NCBI RefSeq assembly: GCF_009914755.1
Contig: NC_060937.1
From: the human T2T-CHM13v2.0 reference genome, Homo sapiens
DNA length: 64,000 nt
Direction: 5' to 3' (one strand)
Position numbers and translations under genes: made by a program. The notes below the pieces were generated by a model. That model was not told the origin of the DNA, ran no database searches, and was given only the letters and a program-made list of their open reading frames with translations. Shown piece after piece: positions 13,541 through 27,440 of the stretch (position 1 is its first letter; each line of letters starts with the position of its first letter).

Positions 13541-14867
13541 GAGAAAATTAAGCACAAAACCTAATTTGATGGCAAATGTGTTAACTCCCTTAGATTTTGA
13601 TACACTTGTAAATCCAATTGTCTTCACCTCAATACATAGCTTTCTACATAGCATACTTGGCTTTATTTTTCCAGATTTCCTTGTGAAAAGATATCGAAAA
13701 CAAAGACTTGCCTACTCTTGCCTGATTATTCTGCCTGAATATTTTTAAAGAGAAATCTTGCCATCTACATGTTTAGACCCCGAGGAAAGTTTTAAAAATA
13801 GAAGGCTACCTTGGTCTCTCGGATCAGCGTTTAAAGTAAGCATGGCTCTGGTCCGTGGAGACCCAGACCTGGGCAAGTAGATGATTCGGGATGGTCACAT
13901 ATGCAGATAACTGGCACACACATGCACCTCAGCTCTCCTCCCTGTTGTTCAGCCGCCTCGACCTTTCCTGCCCTGCTCCTGCCAAATCCATCTTCCAAGC
14001 CTTCTACTGCTTCTCCTTCCCCATTGCACCCCCGACTTCCTGGAACTCTTGGTAAAGTCCTGAATTAGTCTTGCCAAGAACAACACACAAATCTTTCTAT
14101 TTTCTAGCCCCATCTTTCCATTTATTTAGCTAAAGCTAAATAATTTCATCCTGCCTTTGTAAAAAGCAGAATGTTAACGCTGTCTATTCATTTTACATCC
14201 ACTCAATTTCCACATTCCAAGAAATGTCCTCCCTTTTGAACAAATGTGTCTAGCTATCATCTTTGCTACACCTCTTCCTTTTCTGGTCCATCATCTGCTG
14301 AAAGAACGGTGTCCTGCGTTTCAGTACCTCCTCCTCCGTGTAAGCCAAGCTCTGGACTTCAGATCATCTGCATTTGATTAGCGTCTGTCCTCTGCTGATA
14401 TTCTAAGTTTTTTAATTTTTCTAAATTTATTTGTTTTCCTCCTGAGGCGCTGCCAAATATATAGCATCCCTGAGTCTAGTTTCTTAAGGAGACAACTAAA
14501 TCTATGATTTATAAGAGTTTAGAGGGGACAGGAAGCTTCAGGCATGAGCCTGTTTCTATTCATTGTATTTTCAAAAACACTGATGTTTCTCAAACTCTTG
14601 CAGGTCTTAAAACTACTCTGAAATCATAAAACCCACTTAGAATTCAAACAGTCTGCTTCTCACTGGGCCATTCTGTGATAAGTGGAATTAAATAATCTCT
14701 GGCCAGCAATAACAGTAGCAATACCAGTAGCAATGGTGGTAGCAGTAACCATGTGTGCCGTGGTCATGGGGCTGGTAATAATAACCAGAGGAGAGATCAT
14801 CATACTCCTAACAGTAGTGGTGGCCATCATGACAGTGGTGTGGCCACAGTAGTGACAGTGCTGGTAG

Positions 14868-15400
<533 letters not shown>

Positions 15401-16299
15401 CAAAGTCCACATCCCTAACCTCTGCATGAAGCTGCTTCTAAGGGAAACCCCCAGAAAAGCCAGATCCTTTCTCTCCAGGGAGCTTCATTCCCCTTCATTG
15501 CAGCCACAGGCTACTGAGAGCCACAGCAGGCTGTGCCCATCCTGGAAAGTGTCCTGTTTCTGTGTGGAGAAGATGATCCCCCATGCCTGCTCAGACCATC
15601 ACTGACCTGGCAGGTGGAGCTGCCCCAGGAACACAAGAGGCCTCCCTTCCGTGCCCCTCATGGCCCTGGCCTCTGAGTGACAGCCAGAGAGCTACAGGGG
15701 AAGGGACGGGAGGGATAAAGAGGAGCTTCTTCAGGCTTCTGCACCTTTCAGAGCTTGGAAAATGAATCCACTAACTGCCCAGGGTGCAGAATCCTCCCAA
15801 CCTCCTGCACGACCCCCAAACTCAGCACCCTCTCTGAACCTGGGCTTTCCGGGGCCTTCCCCAGCTGCTCAGCATGCTGCTCCCGTCTGGCTTTTCACTG
15901 TGCTTCCCAGTCAGGTGCAACATGAACGCCACCCCATCCCACCCCAAACCCGATATTCCCACTGTTACATTCTTATGAATTATTTAAAGGGCTTCTCCAT
16001 CAAAGGCCATGGAGTGTCTTCCGTCTGAATTCCATGATAGGTAACCATAGATTAGCACAATGTGAATTGGTGTCTGTGTTGAATGACTTCGGTTGAACTT
16101 TCAGAAATTTCATGTAGAGATACATTAGCATCCGTAAATTATCTGGCAATAGGAACGAATGGCTGCTGAATTTCAATTCAAAATATTATTAAAATACCGA
16201 TGAAATTATCACTACAATTTAAAGTGTAAAAAGATGAAAAACACGTTCTATACTTTCTAAGTCTCCAGTCATATTCTTTTACTATCTTCCTGACAGTTG

Positions 16300-16593
<294 letters not shown>

Positions 16594-17243
16594 TTCATTA
16601 CAATTTTTAAAGATGTTTATCCATAAAACAAAGGGTTACTGATATTCAGATGTTATACAAGGACCAAATATCACTGCCTTCAATCCTCCTAACAACTGCT
16701 TTAGGTGTTTTTAAGACTTAAAATGTCACTCATATATTGTATTATTGAATTCTAGTATTTCTGGTATTGTAATAAATTATAGTAAGAACTTTCAAATGGA
16801 AGCCCAGGATGAAAAATGTTATAGTTTACTTTTGCCCAAATTCTCTTGTTAAAATTGCAGTTTCACGTATTTGCTTATCTGCACATTATCTGTATGTATT
16901 TTTAGCCTCATCTTATGTAATAATATTTCTGAAATAGTTTAGATATGCTATTTTTATAAATTACATTAAATATAATTTAAAATACATAGTATATACAAAA
17001 TAAATATGTAGCTGTATTAGAACTTTATAATTATCCCAAATACCAGTTATCAGCCATACTTTGGGTTACAATGATTAATAAGAAGAATTTGAGATTTGGG
17101 GTAAAAAGCCTTAGATTCTAGTCTCGTCCTCTTAAGTTCCTTTATAAGATTAACTAGTACTGAACCCCATTGTTTGCACCTGTAAAACTAAATAATCATG
17201 CCTTCTGTACTATAGGTGAGAAAATGTCTTTGAAAATGTTTTG

Positions 17244-17547
17244 GGCCAGGCGCGGTGGCTCACAGCTATAATCTCAGCACTTTGGGAGGCCGCAGCAGGT
17301 GAATCACTTGAGATCAGGAGATCAAGACCAATCTGGACAACAGGGCAAAACCCCATCTCTACTAAAAATACAAAAAGTTAGCCAGGCTTGGTGGGGCATG
17401 CCTGTAGTCCCAGCTAGTCAGCTAGTGGGGAGGCTGAGGTGGGAGGACCACCTGAGCCCGGGAAGTCAAGGCTACGATGAGCTGTGATCGTGCCATTGCA
17501 CTCCAGCCTGGGAGACGGGAGTGAGACCCTGTCTCAAAAAAAAAAAG
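17244..17547 (+). mobile_element. Alu (J-like)
   Basis: Dimeric Alu with A tail and a small internal duplication (gctagtcagctagt). Confidence 0.9.
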
Positions 17548-18109
17548 AATATTTTGTAATAGTATAAAGTACTATCACATGAAACCTCTTTTTTGGGTAA
17601 TGGGTCTTCCTAATAGAATTACCCTCCTCCAATTTTCAGTTTGGAAACTAATATTCCAGGGCTTACTGAGGGTATAGTTAACTAGAGTAGAGGTTATAGT
17701 TGCCAAGACAATCTTCCTATTTCCTCCTCAAGGAAACTGACATCCTTTCCCCTAGATCTACCCTTCCCCTGGCGCCCAGAAAGCTGTGCCAGACAATCCA
17801 TCCATGCTGTCCCACTCGGAAGTAGGGCTGGGCCGGGCCAGGCCAGGCCAGCCCAGCCCAGCTCTTAGCTTCCCCATCGTTGGATCCTCGGACCACCTCT
17901 GGACAGAGGAAAAACACCCAGAGTGAAGAAAAGGAAACAGGTGGTTCAACTTCCTCTGCTTAGGGTCCAGGAAGGAGCAAACGTGGGCCCATCAGTGCAT
18001 GTAGCAAGAACAGGAACCCCACCGGGTTTCAGTCCAGCTTCGTCTAATAGAGACTGTCTTTATGTGCTTTGTCATAAGAAAAGTCAAGCAGCTAATAAAT
18101 AGCAGAACC

Positions 18110-18455
<346 letters not shown>

Positions 18456-18879
18456 TTAGGCTGGAGTAGGCTGCGTGTCCTCAGGCTCTAGGAGACAGCT
18501 TTTGAGCCATAGACAGAGCCACAGAAAGATCCAGTGTCTCCTACCACACCCCTTAGTTTTGTGTGTCTGTTATGTCACTGGTGACCAGAGACACAAGGCT
18601 CCTGCAGAGCAAAGAAAACCGACTCCATGCACACTTCTCTGTGTCCCCTTCCAGTCCCCACGCCCCTCTCCTGTCTCCTGGCATCCCTGACCTTCTAAAG
18701 CTGACTTTTAAATACCTGTTCCTTGAAGCCCTTCCCTGGCCAAACCAGCACCATTGTGATAGCTCCTTCTCTCTGCAGCTCCTTGGCCCTGAAGCACCAC
18801 AAACATCATAAACTCACTTGCCCTTTAACTGTTAAGTCATTTGCATGAGTTAACTTGAGCCCAAGCCAACATGAAAATT

Positions 18880-19018
18880 CTTTTTGTGAAAAGGTCTCAC
18901 TCTGTCACCCAGGCTGGAGTGCAGTGGTGTGATCACAGCTCACTGCAGCCTTGACCAGGCTCAAGCGATCTTCCCCACTCAGCCCAAGAGTGCTGGGATT
19001 ACACTACCACACTGGCCC
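18880..19018 (-). mobile_element. Truncated Alu/FRAM-like monomer
   Basis: ggtctcactctgtcacccaggctggagtgcagtgg...gtgctgggattac. Confidence 0.8.
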
Positions 19019-19299
19019 CGACATTACCAGTTTTGAAGTCAGCCATGGTGTCCTACCAGAGGCTCAGCAAGTGTTGGCCAACTGACCAGTGAATATTACC
19101 AGATCAGGGGCACAGAGAGACATGTGCAGATAAAGGAGAGGAAAAGGGTGAGCTCAGAGCTGGAAAGCTTTGTGGAGACCTGGGGTGATTCTGTCTTCTC
19201 CTATCACTGTCCCCTCGATCACCCAGCTCACGCCCCAGAGAGAGCCATCATGTGCCCTGGTCTGTCTTCCTTCCCTCCTCCTGACCCTTTCCCCTGCTT

Positions 19300-19590
19300 A
19301 GCTGCTCCTCACCCTTCACCTGTCAGTTTAAACATCACGTCCCACAGGATGCCCCACCTGATCAGGTTAGGTCCCCTATCAGTTACTCTTCAACTCCCCT
19401 GTGCCTTGCTTTTGGAGCAAACGTTCTAGTTCTTAAGTAATAGTCATTTCTATCACTGTCTATTTAATGTCCTTCCCGCCATTAGACTGGAAGCCCTGTG
19501 AGGTCAGGGACCACATCTGCCTTGTTGCCTGCTGTCGTAAGTCCCTGGGCCTGTGGCACGCCAGGTATGCAGTAGGCTCTGCATCCATGT
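19300..19590 (+). mobile_element. L2 3'-end fragment
   Basis: ttagactggaagccctgtgaggtcagggaccacatctgccttgtt...tggcacgccagg...gtaggctc. Confidence 0.6.
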
Positions 19591-19909
19591 CAATGCAGGG
19601 AGCTGATAGGCACAGGTGTGGGCCAGGGCATCCTGCAGAGTTTGATGGGGTGGGAGGCAGAGCCCCATATCCCTGAGACCAGCTGGGATGAAGCCTCACT
19701 GCACATTCCAGGTGACTTAAAGATTCAGCAGGGATGTGTGACAGCAAAGCTTTGCCCAGACAACTACAGTCCCTTCCCTAAGGTCCCAAATTAAAGAAAA
19801 AGAGTGACCCAAATCACCAACTACCGAACTTGTGTCCTTCTATTCAGGTAGGTCGGTATTGCTGCTCTTGGCTTTGCATTCAGCCTTTTCCATCATCACC
19901 AGGTCAGCG

Positions 19910-20430
19910 GTCACAGAGCATCTCCCGTGTACCTGGCAGGTACTGGGTGCTGGGTGCCAGGTCCTGGGAGTCAAAGGTACGTGAGGCCTGGCGCCTCCCC
20001 ACAGGGGCCTCACAGTGTTGTGAAAGACAGCAATGTAAACAAATACTCTCACTAGATGGGAACACAGGCTATACAGAGAGCTGTACAGGGAAAGGGTGGA
20101 GAGGGATTTGCTCTACCAAGGAGGCCTCAAAACACTTCACAGAGGTGACACCTTGACATCTGGAAGCATCAGGAGGAGTTTGCCAGACAGGGAAAGGGCC
20201 TTCAGAGAGAGAACAGGGCATGCGGCAGAGCTGCAGCGTGGTGTGTGTTGGGGTACAGGCCTCAGGGGACTGGCAGGAGATGAGGCTGAGGGGGGAGGGT
20301 CCCATCATGGGCAGGCTTGGGTCTCCACTGAAGATATTGCACTTAATTCTGCAAGTCCAAAGAAAACCATGGCAGGGTTAAAGCAAGTGGATGATTCCAT
20401 CAGATCTGTTTTAGAAAGATAACAGCACGC
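19910..20430 (-). mobile_element. L2 fragment (degenerate)
   Basis: tactgggtgctggg...gagagaacagggcatg...taaagcaagtggatgattccatcagatctgttttagaaagat, typical of reverse L2. Confidence 0.55.
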
Positions 20431-21997
20431 TCCCAACTAGAAAAGTGCCACTCCCTATAAACATCCTGGCACCATGTCCCTGAGAGCTCCAGGAGCCAGC
20501 TTTGGAGCCGGGAAGCCTCACTGAGCTGAGGGTGCCTGGCACCCAAACGGACATCCTTAAAATGAATGTCACAACAAAACTGAGAGGGAACCAAGGGCAC
20601 ACGAGGGCCTTTCTAAGGACTCTCCAAGTGGGAGAAGTTGCAAAATAGGAAAGAAGAATGAAACAGTGCCCATGAGAGTGTCTCCGGGAGCATCATCTTC
20701 CGCCTTTCCTGAGGAGTTTCAGGGCGCTGTTGACCTCGTAGGTAAGGAGGAGCCGTATCCCAGGAGGCCACAGCTGGGCTGAGAGATTTAGCAAGTGGAA
20801 GGCACAGCCAGGATCTCGAGGAGAAATTTGATCACGGCCAACACTGGCTGGAAGTTTAGGAATTCCCTGGGAACTGCTGTGAGGCCAGTCATTCATTCAT
20901 TGAGCAGAAAGACTTAGCACCATATGGGAAAAGGGTGATACCCCAAAAAAGGACTCTAGCCGCTGTATTCAAATATTAGCGTTAATTCTCACAGAGAACT
21001 CCCTCTCAGGAAGCCACAGCAACACCGTCATCAGAATGTGCCAGAAGGAACCCCTTCAGTATCCACAGAAGTTAATTTGGAAACATAGTGAATAGGGAAA
21101 GACTTAGATCAATTTGTGGTTTCTAGAAAATTACTCTTTTAGGACTATGGAGAAAAAAGTCAAGTACTAAGTACCAGAAATGCAAAATATATGACAATTT
21201 CCCATAGATGTGATTACTATTGTCATCACGCCATCATCATCACCTTCACCATCAAATTGTAAGTCAGATTATGTCAGTGCTTATCTGATCCACGGGCAAT
21301 GGCCGAGGTGTCAGAAAAACTACAGTTCGATGGTGACTGTTTCCTTCCTACGCGGAAGACACGTGTGCTATGGTGATACTGGCCTTCACCTCCAGGAGTC
21401 TGAAATCATAGACATATGTATAGTAAGATGTGCAAAGCAATTGACCAGTGATTTATTACAACAAATAACGCCATAGGTAACTGTCAAATAAAAGCCCATT
21501 GCGTCCGGAGTTCCACGGCAACGCGTGGAGATGCCTGGCATTGCTCTAGGTACCCAATGTCGTATCTGTGTGAGCAGTGCAGTCTCGCAAAGATGGCCCT
21601 GATTGGGAAGAAGTGCAGCCATGGCAGGCCCTCAGATCGTCCCTGTGCTCACCACCCTGGCCTTTTCTCCGATTCTTGTTGCATCAGGTAGCACCTGCTT
21701 CTTCCTTCCCTCTCCCCTCCAGCAAATGGTAAGCTCCCAGAGGGCAGGGCCAAGTCTCATCCTCTCACTGTCCCAAGTGACTCACCAGGGCCTGGCACAA
21801 GGGAGCTGCTCGGTCCATACTTGATGGATGAATGGATAAGTGGTGACTAACCTAAGGAAATTCTGCCATTTGGCATCTTGGGGATGCCTTACAAGAGAAA
21901 GGCATCATTTACAGAAGGCTGCAAGAGGACTCTTCAGTTTATAGACCTGCATATCCAAGCCAGCCTAACCATTTCTACCTGGGGGAGCTAAAACACG

Positions 21998-22163
21998 GAA
22001 GTTCTCAACGTGAATGTGCATTAGAATCACCAGAGGAGTCCTAGTCAACCTCTAGGTTTTCTGCACAAACCACGTGGCACTGGGCCCAGGAATCTGCATT
22101 TTAACAAGTCCCCCCCGCCCATTGTTCTGATTCAGGGGGTCACAGAACACACTCAGAGAACCC
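21998..22163. mobile_element. MER5A-like hAT-Charlie DNA transposon
   Basis: gttctcaa...tgcattagaatcacc...gggcccaggaatctgcattttaacaag...acactcagagaac, with terminal inverted-repeat remnants. Confidence 0.8.
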
Positions 22164-22307
22164 TTTTCAATCACCAGGCCCCTAAGAGCACAGGCTTGGC
22201 ATTAGATAGAGTCAGCTTTATCCCTGTTCTATTATATCTTTACTAACTGCAGGGCTAAGTTGCACATGGTTCTTAAGCTCCTTCTGCCTCAGTTTCCTCA
22301 GTTATTA

Positions 22308-23026
<719 letters not shown>

Positions 23027-23338
23027 GCAGAGTTTCAGTTTTGCAAGAAGGAAAAGCTCTGGAGATCTGTAGCACAATGTACATAGAGTTAACACTACTG
23101 AACTGCACACTTAAAAATGTCTAAGATGGTGAATTTTATGTTTTATGTTTTTGCCACAACTAAAAAGAAAAAGTTTTACTGGGGTTGGATAATGGTATCT
23201 ACTTCAAAGTGTTGTTATGAGCATTACATGAAATAATGTATGTAAAGTGCCAGGCAACAGGCCCCAGACTAGGAACTGCTCAAAAAATTATAGCTATTAT
23301 TATTACAGTAGCATGGGTGTTAAAAAATTTAACCATGA

Positions 23339-23645
23339 GGCCATGCGCAGTGGCTCACACCTGTAATCCCAGCACTTTGGGAGGCCGAGGTGGGCAGATC
23401 AGCTGAGGCCAGGAGTTCGAGACCAGCCTGGACAACATGGTGAAACCCAGTCTCTACTAAAAATACAAAAAAAATTAGCCAAACGTGGTGGCACGCACCT
23501 GTAGTCCCAGCTAGTTGGGAGGCTGAGGCAGGAGAATCGAACCCGGGAGGCGGAGGTTGCAGTGAGCCGAGGTAACACCACTGCACTCCAGCCTGAGCAA
23601 CAGAGCGAGACTCAGTCTCAAAAAATATATAATAAATATAAAATA
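23339..23645 (+). mobile_element. AluS
   Basis: Dimeric Alu with AT-rich tail. Confidence 0.93.
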
Positions 23646-25059
23646 TAATCATTAAGGAAGATTTCAAACCCTCCTCAAAAATCCAAGTAGCTTTTTGATG
23701 AACTGCATTTTTCTAAATCCTGACCAATAGACTATTTTTCATCTCACCTATAGACCCACATGTTAAAAAAATACCACCTAAATTATAGGTGGCTATGTGA
23801 GAGCCTGGGGATATTCACGCTAGGCAGTCTCATTCATAACACTACCATCCTCCATTTGCAGTGATGCAGGAAACAAGAAAAATGCTACATTTCGTTTTGC
23901 ACCTTAAGCTTCATTAAAGAAAATCAAGCAAAACCTGCGACCATAGAAGAAATAATCTCCCAGTCTTGAAAAACTACATGAAGTGTTTTTTATCTTTGAT
24001 GTGCACATGGAACCCAAAGCAGGTTCGGGAACATGGCACAGACTCACAGCCACCGTTTGGATTCTCTGCGCACCGTTTTGATTTCCTGTGCATCTATGCT
24101 AATTTCGTCTCCCCAGCCTATTGTTTAAACCCTAGCAGGACAGATGTGCTGTTTTACAGGGCCATAACCCACTTGGTGGGTGGATAACCAAGAGGCCTTT
24201 GGTCTTCATCATTTACTCCAATAAGAAAACTAGACGATTGCCTTGTAAAACAGCATGTGACCCAGGCCCGGATTTCCACGTAACGCCAACCTACAGGACC
24301 ACCTCGGAACTTCCAACCAAATTAGGAAAATTCCTCCTGGTCACAGAGGTGACCAAAATTAGCTCGAGGCTGAATGAAATTATGGAAAGGACAATCTAGG
24401 GGTAAAAACAGTAAAAACAAGAGGGCTGGGAAGTGACTTACAGTACAGGAATTTAGGTTTAGGCCACACAGGTGTTCATGTGAGTAAGAGTCATCATTTC
24501 TAAGGCTGAAAAGGTTGGCCACTGCTGGTAAAAATTCTAATCCTAGTAGGCTTAGAATCTCTCTCAATCAAAAGATAAATCCCAAAAGTCATTGCTAAGG
24601 ATTCCCCCCATTTTTCTTTACCTCCATCCTATGTATAACCGTAAGTTACTACCTCTCAGCCCTCATCATGAGAGCCCAGCACTCCTGTCCCGGCAGCCCT
24701 GAGTGACATCAGCATTGACTGTTGGGAATTGGTACTTGTGAAATCCAGAAATGGGCTACAATAGATGCAAATGGACCATCATCAATGTGCATTAGGATTG
24801 CCCCAGCCACCCCCAGATCTCGAAGGACCCCTGCAACCCAGTCACACCAGCATCCTTGCCAACAGGTCGAAGCAGGGTGGATTAGGATGAAGGGATATCA
24901 TCGTAAGCAGCAAAAGGAAGTGATGAAAAGAACACAAATAACCAGACATTAACTTTGGGTTCTGAGCATGCTGCTTTCTGTCCGTTTAATCTATCTTTTG
25001 CTGATGCACTTAAAGAAGCTACCTTGTCTTCTTAATGTGGGGATCTCTGATGAAGGCTT

Positions 25060-25225
25060 GAAGCTCTGAGACCCAAGCATCAGCCCCAGCTCTGGCTTTC
25101 CCTAGTCACATGACCTTGGAAGATCACTTCTTTTTTTTTCCTTCTTTTACTACTCTGAGCCTCAGTTTCCTCATCTAAAACAGGGCTTAGGTTACTTGAC
25201 ACAGTCTATATAAGTATGGTAGAAG
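25060..25225 (+). mobile_element. MIR fragment
   Basis: tgaccttggaagatcactt...ctctgagcctcagtttcctcatctaaaa. Confidence 0.7.
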
Positions 25226-25240
25226 TTTTTTAAAAAATGA

Positions 25241-25789
<549 letters not shown>

Positions 25790-26188
25790 TGATGGTACAA
25801 TTTTTTAAAACAATAATCAGTTGCCAGAATATATTCTTGCTTTTAAAGTTCTACATAATATTTCAAAAATATATAGGGAAGTATTTAGATTTTCCTTCCA
25901 CAGCTGTTTTCTGCTTGATTTCAAGAGTTAACTGAACAGTTTGCTGTCTTGTGTCCAATGTGTTTCTCCTCTCCATTAAAATGCTGAAGATTTTTATTTT
26001 TTTCCCCTCTTTAGGGGGAAAAAAGAAGTGTTTCCTCTGTAATTTACTTTGGCTTTCTCAAAAGTTGGGCGGGAAAGTCAGTATAATTCAGGTGGAATCT
26101 AAAATGTTCTTGTTGCACAAGTGTGCACAGAAAGGAAACCTATAATTTCGAGTATTCTTTCAGGAAGTTTGTATTCTCTGTTTTCCAG

Positions 26189-26284
26189 GGGGCCTTTACT
26201 TTCCAAGGGAGTATGATCGACATGCCATTACTGAAGCAGGCCCAGAACACTGTTACGCTTGCCACCTCCATCAAGGAAAAATGA
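26189..26284 (+). CDS. CLYBL: CLYBL last coding exon (exon 8, aa 310-340 plus TGA); exon continues as UTR to 26308
   Basis: Acceptor ctctgttttccag|GGG, phase 0. Translates GAFTFQGSMIDMPLLKQAQNTVTLATSIKEK*, with the CitE-family MID.P motif (catalytic Asp320). Donor CAG|gtgggc 24 nt after the stop. Not in the ORF track. Confidence 0.96.
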   Translation, partial: GAFTFQGSMIDMPLLKQAQNTVTLATSIKEK

Positions 26285-27313
26285 TCTGTTAAATGAAGCT
26301 GTCATCAGGTGGGCTGAACATATACAGTGGGGTTCTTAAAGACAAACCACAATACTCAAAGCAACTTGTTAGGATGCCAGATTGGGACCTGACTCCATTT
26401 ACAGTTCATGTTAATCACAATTTTGTTGTTGTTGTCTCACTGGCCAGTTATTCCCCTAAAAAAATGAACGCTTTTCCCTTTGGATCCAAGCTTATGATTT
26501 TATCATTTTTAGTGTATTACGAATATGGGCTTATGATTTCACAGGGAGGTAAGATCCTGGGGAAAGATGGGCTGTGAGGCGAAGGTAGGTCTTTAATGAA
26601 ATGGATCTTTCCCAAATAGACATATTCCCTCCACCCTTCTCATGTTAGTAAATGTTTCCTGCTTGTTCATTTATACAGCTGACACCACAAATAATTTTAA
26701 GAAAAGCCAGGCCTTTAAAACATAGTAGCAACATTAAGGGGTCATCTCTATTTCACTAGTAATCTGATAAAACAACAGAGATGGCATCAAAAAAGAATAC
26801 TAAGTATTATATTGGCTTAAAAAGACACTTTCTGAAAATAAACTTTCGAAACTGGTTACTATTAACCTCCACCCCTAAAACGAAACATCCATCTCCTTGA
26901 ACCGCTAGACGATGAACACGAAAGCTGTCATCCTGGGTGAATGCTGTGAGTCAACCATTACCGGCAATTAAAAAATAAATGTGCAGAAACACAAGACCAT
27001 CCATTCTCCCCCTTTATTTTCCCGTTTAACTGTTTGCCATTGAGGCTATTTCCCCCTGGAAATGTATGGCTGGGACAGGACTCCCTCAGTCATAAACTTG
27101 TAGCGTCTCAGAAGACACAATGCACCCGAGCTGGTGCATGTGGCCCCTGCGAGATTTGCATCACATTAGAGATGCGGCTGCAGGTCAGATGGGTGGTGTG
27201 GTTAACGGGCTTAGTAAAGCTGTTTTGAAGAGGTTAACCCAGCTTGTAGTAAGGGTAAATAAACATAACAACCAGCCATTGTTCCCTATTCAGCATGTAC
27301 TCTTATATTGAAG

Positions 27314-27440
27314 GCTAAAGGGTATTGAAGCTGCAGAGGGATCAACTTGTGCTTGCCAGAGGACGCCAATGAAGTTTGAAACACCAACAATCAGAGATTT
27401 TGTTTCTGTTCCTCATTAAATCATGAGCTTTTGTGCCGAG
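27314..27440 (+). other. CLYBL: CLYBL proximal non-coding terminal exon (3'UTR)
   Basis: Acceptor tactcttatattgaag|GCTAAAG, ATTAAA at 27415-27420 and TG-rich sequence after it. Agrees with my recollection of the mRNA 3' end. The end coordinate is approximate. Confidence 0.7.
27415..27420 (+). terminator. Proximal polyadenylation signal ATTAAA
   Basis: ATTAAA hexamer ~100 nt into the terminal exon, followed by ttttgtg. Confidence 0.6.

Noticed and set aside
17826-17862. GGGCT/GGGCC pentamer hairpin resembling a switch repeat or pre-miRNA
   Set aside because: Only ~35 bp, imperfect and low complexity.
26282-26296. Programmed stop-codon readthrough of CLYBL
   Set aside because: The context is TGA-TCTG, not the TGA-CTAG motif, and an in-frame TGA follows three codons later.
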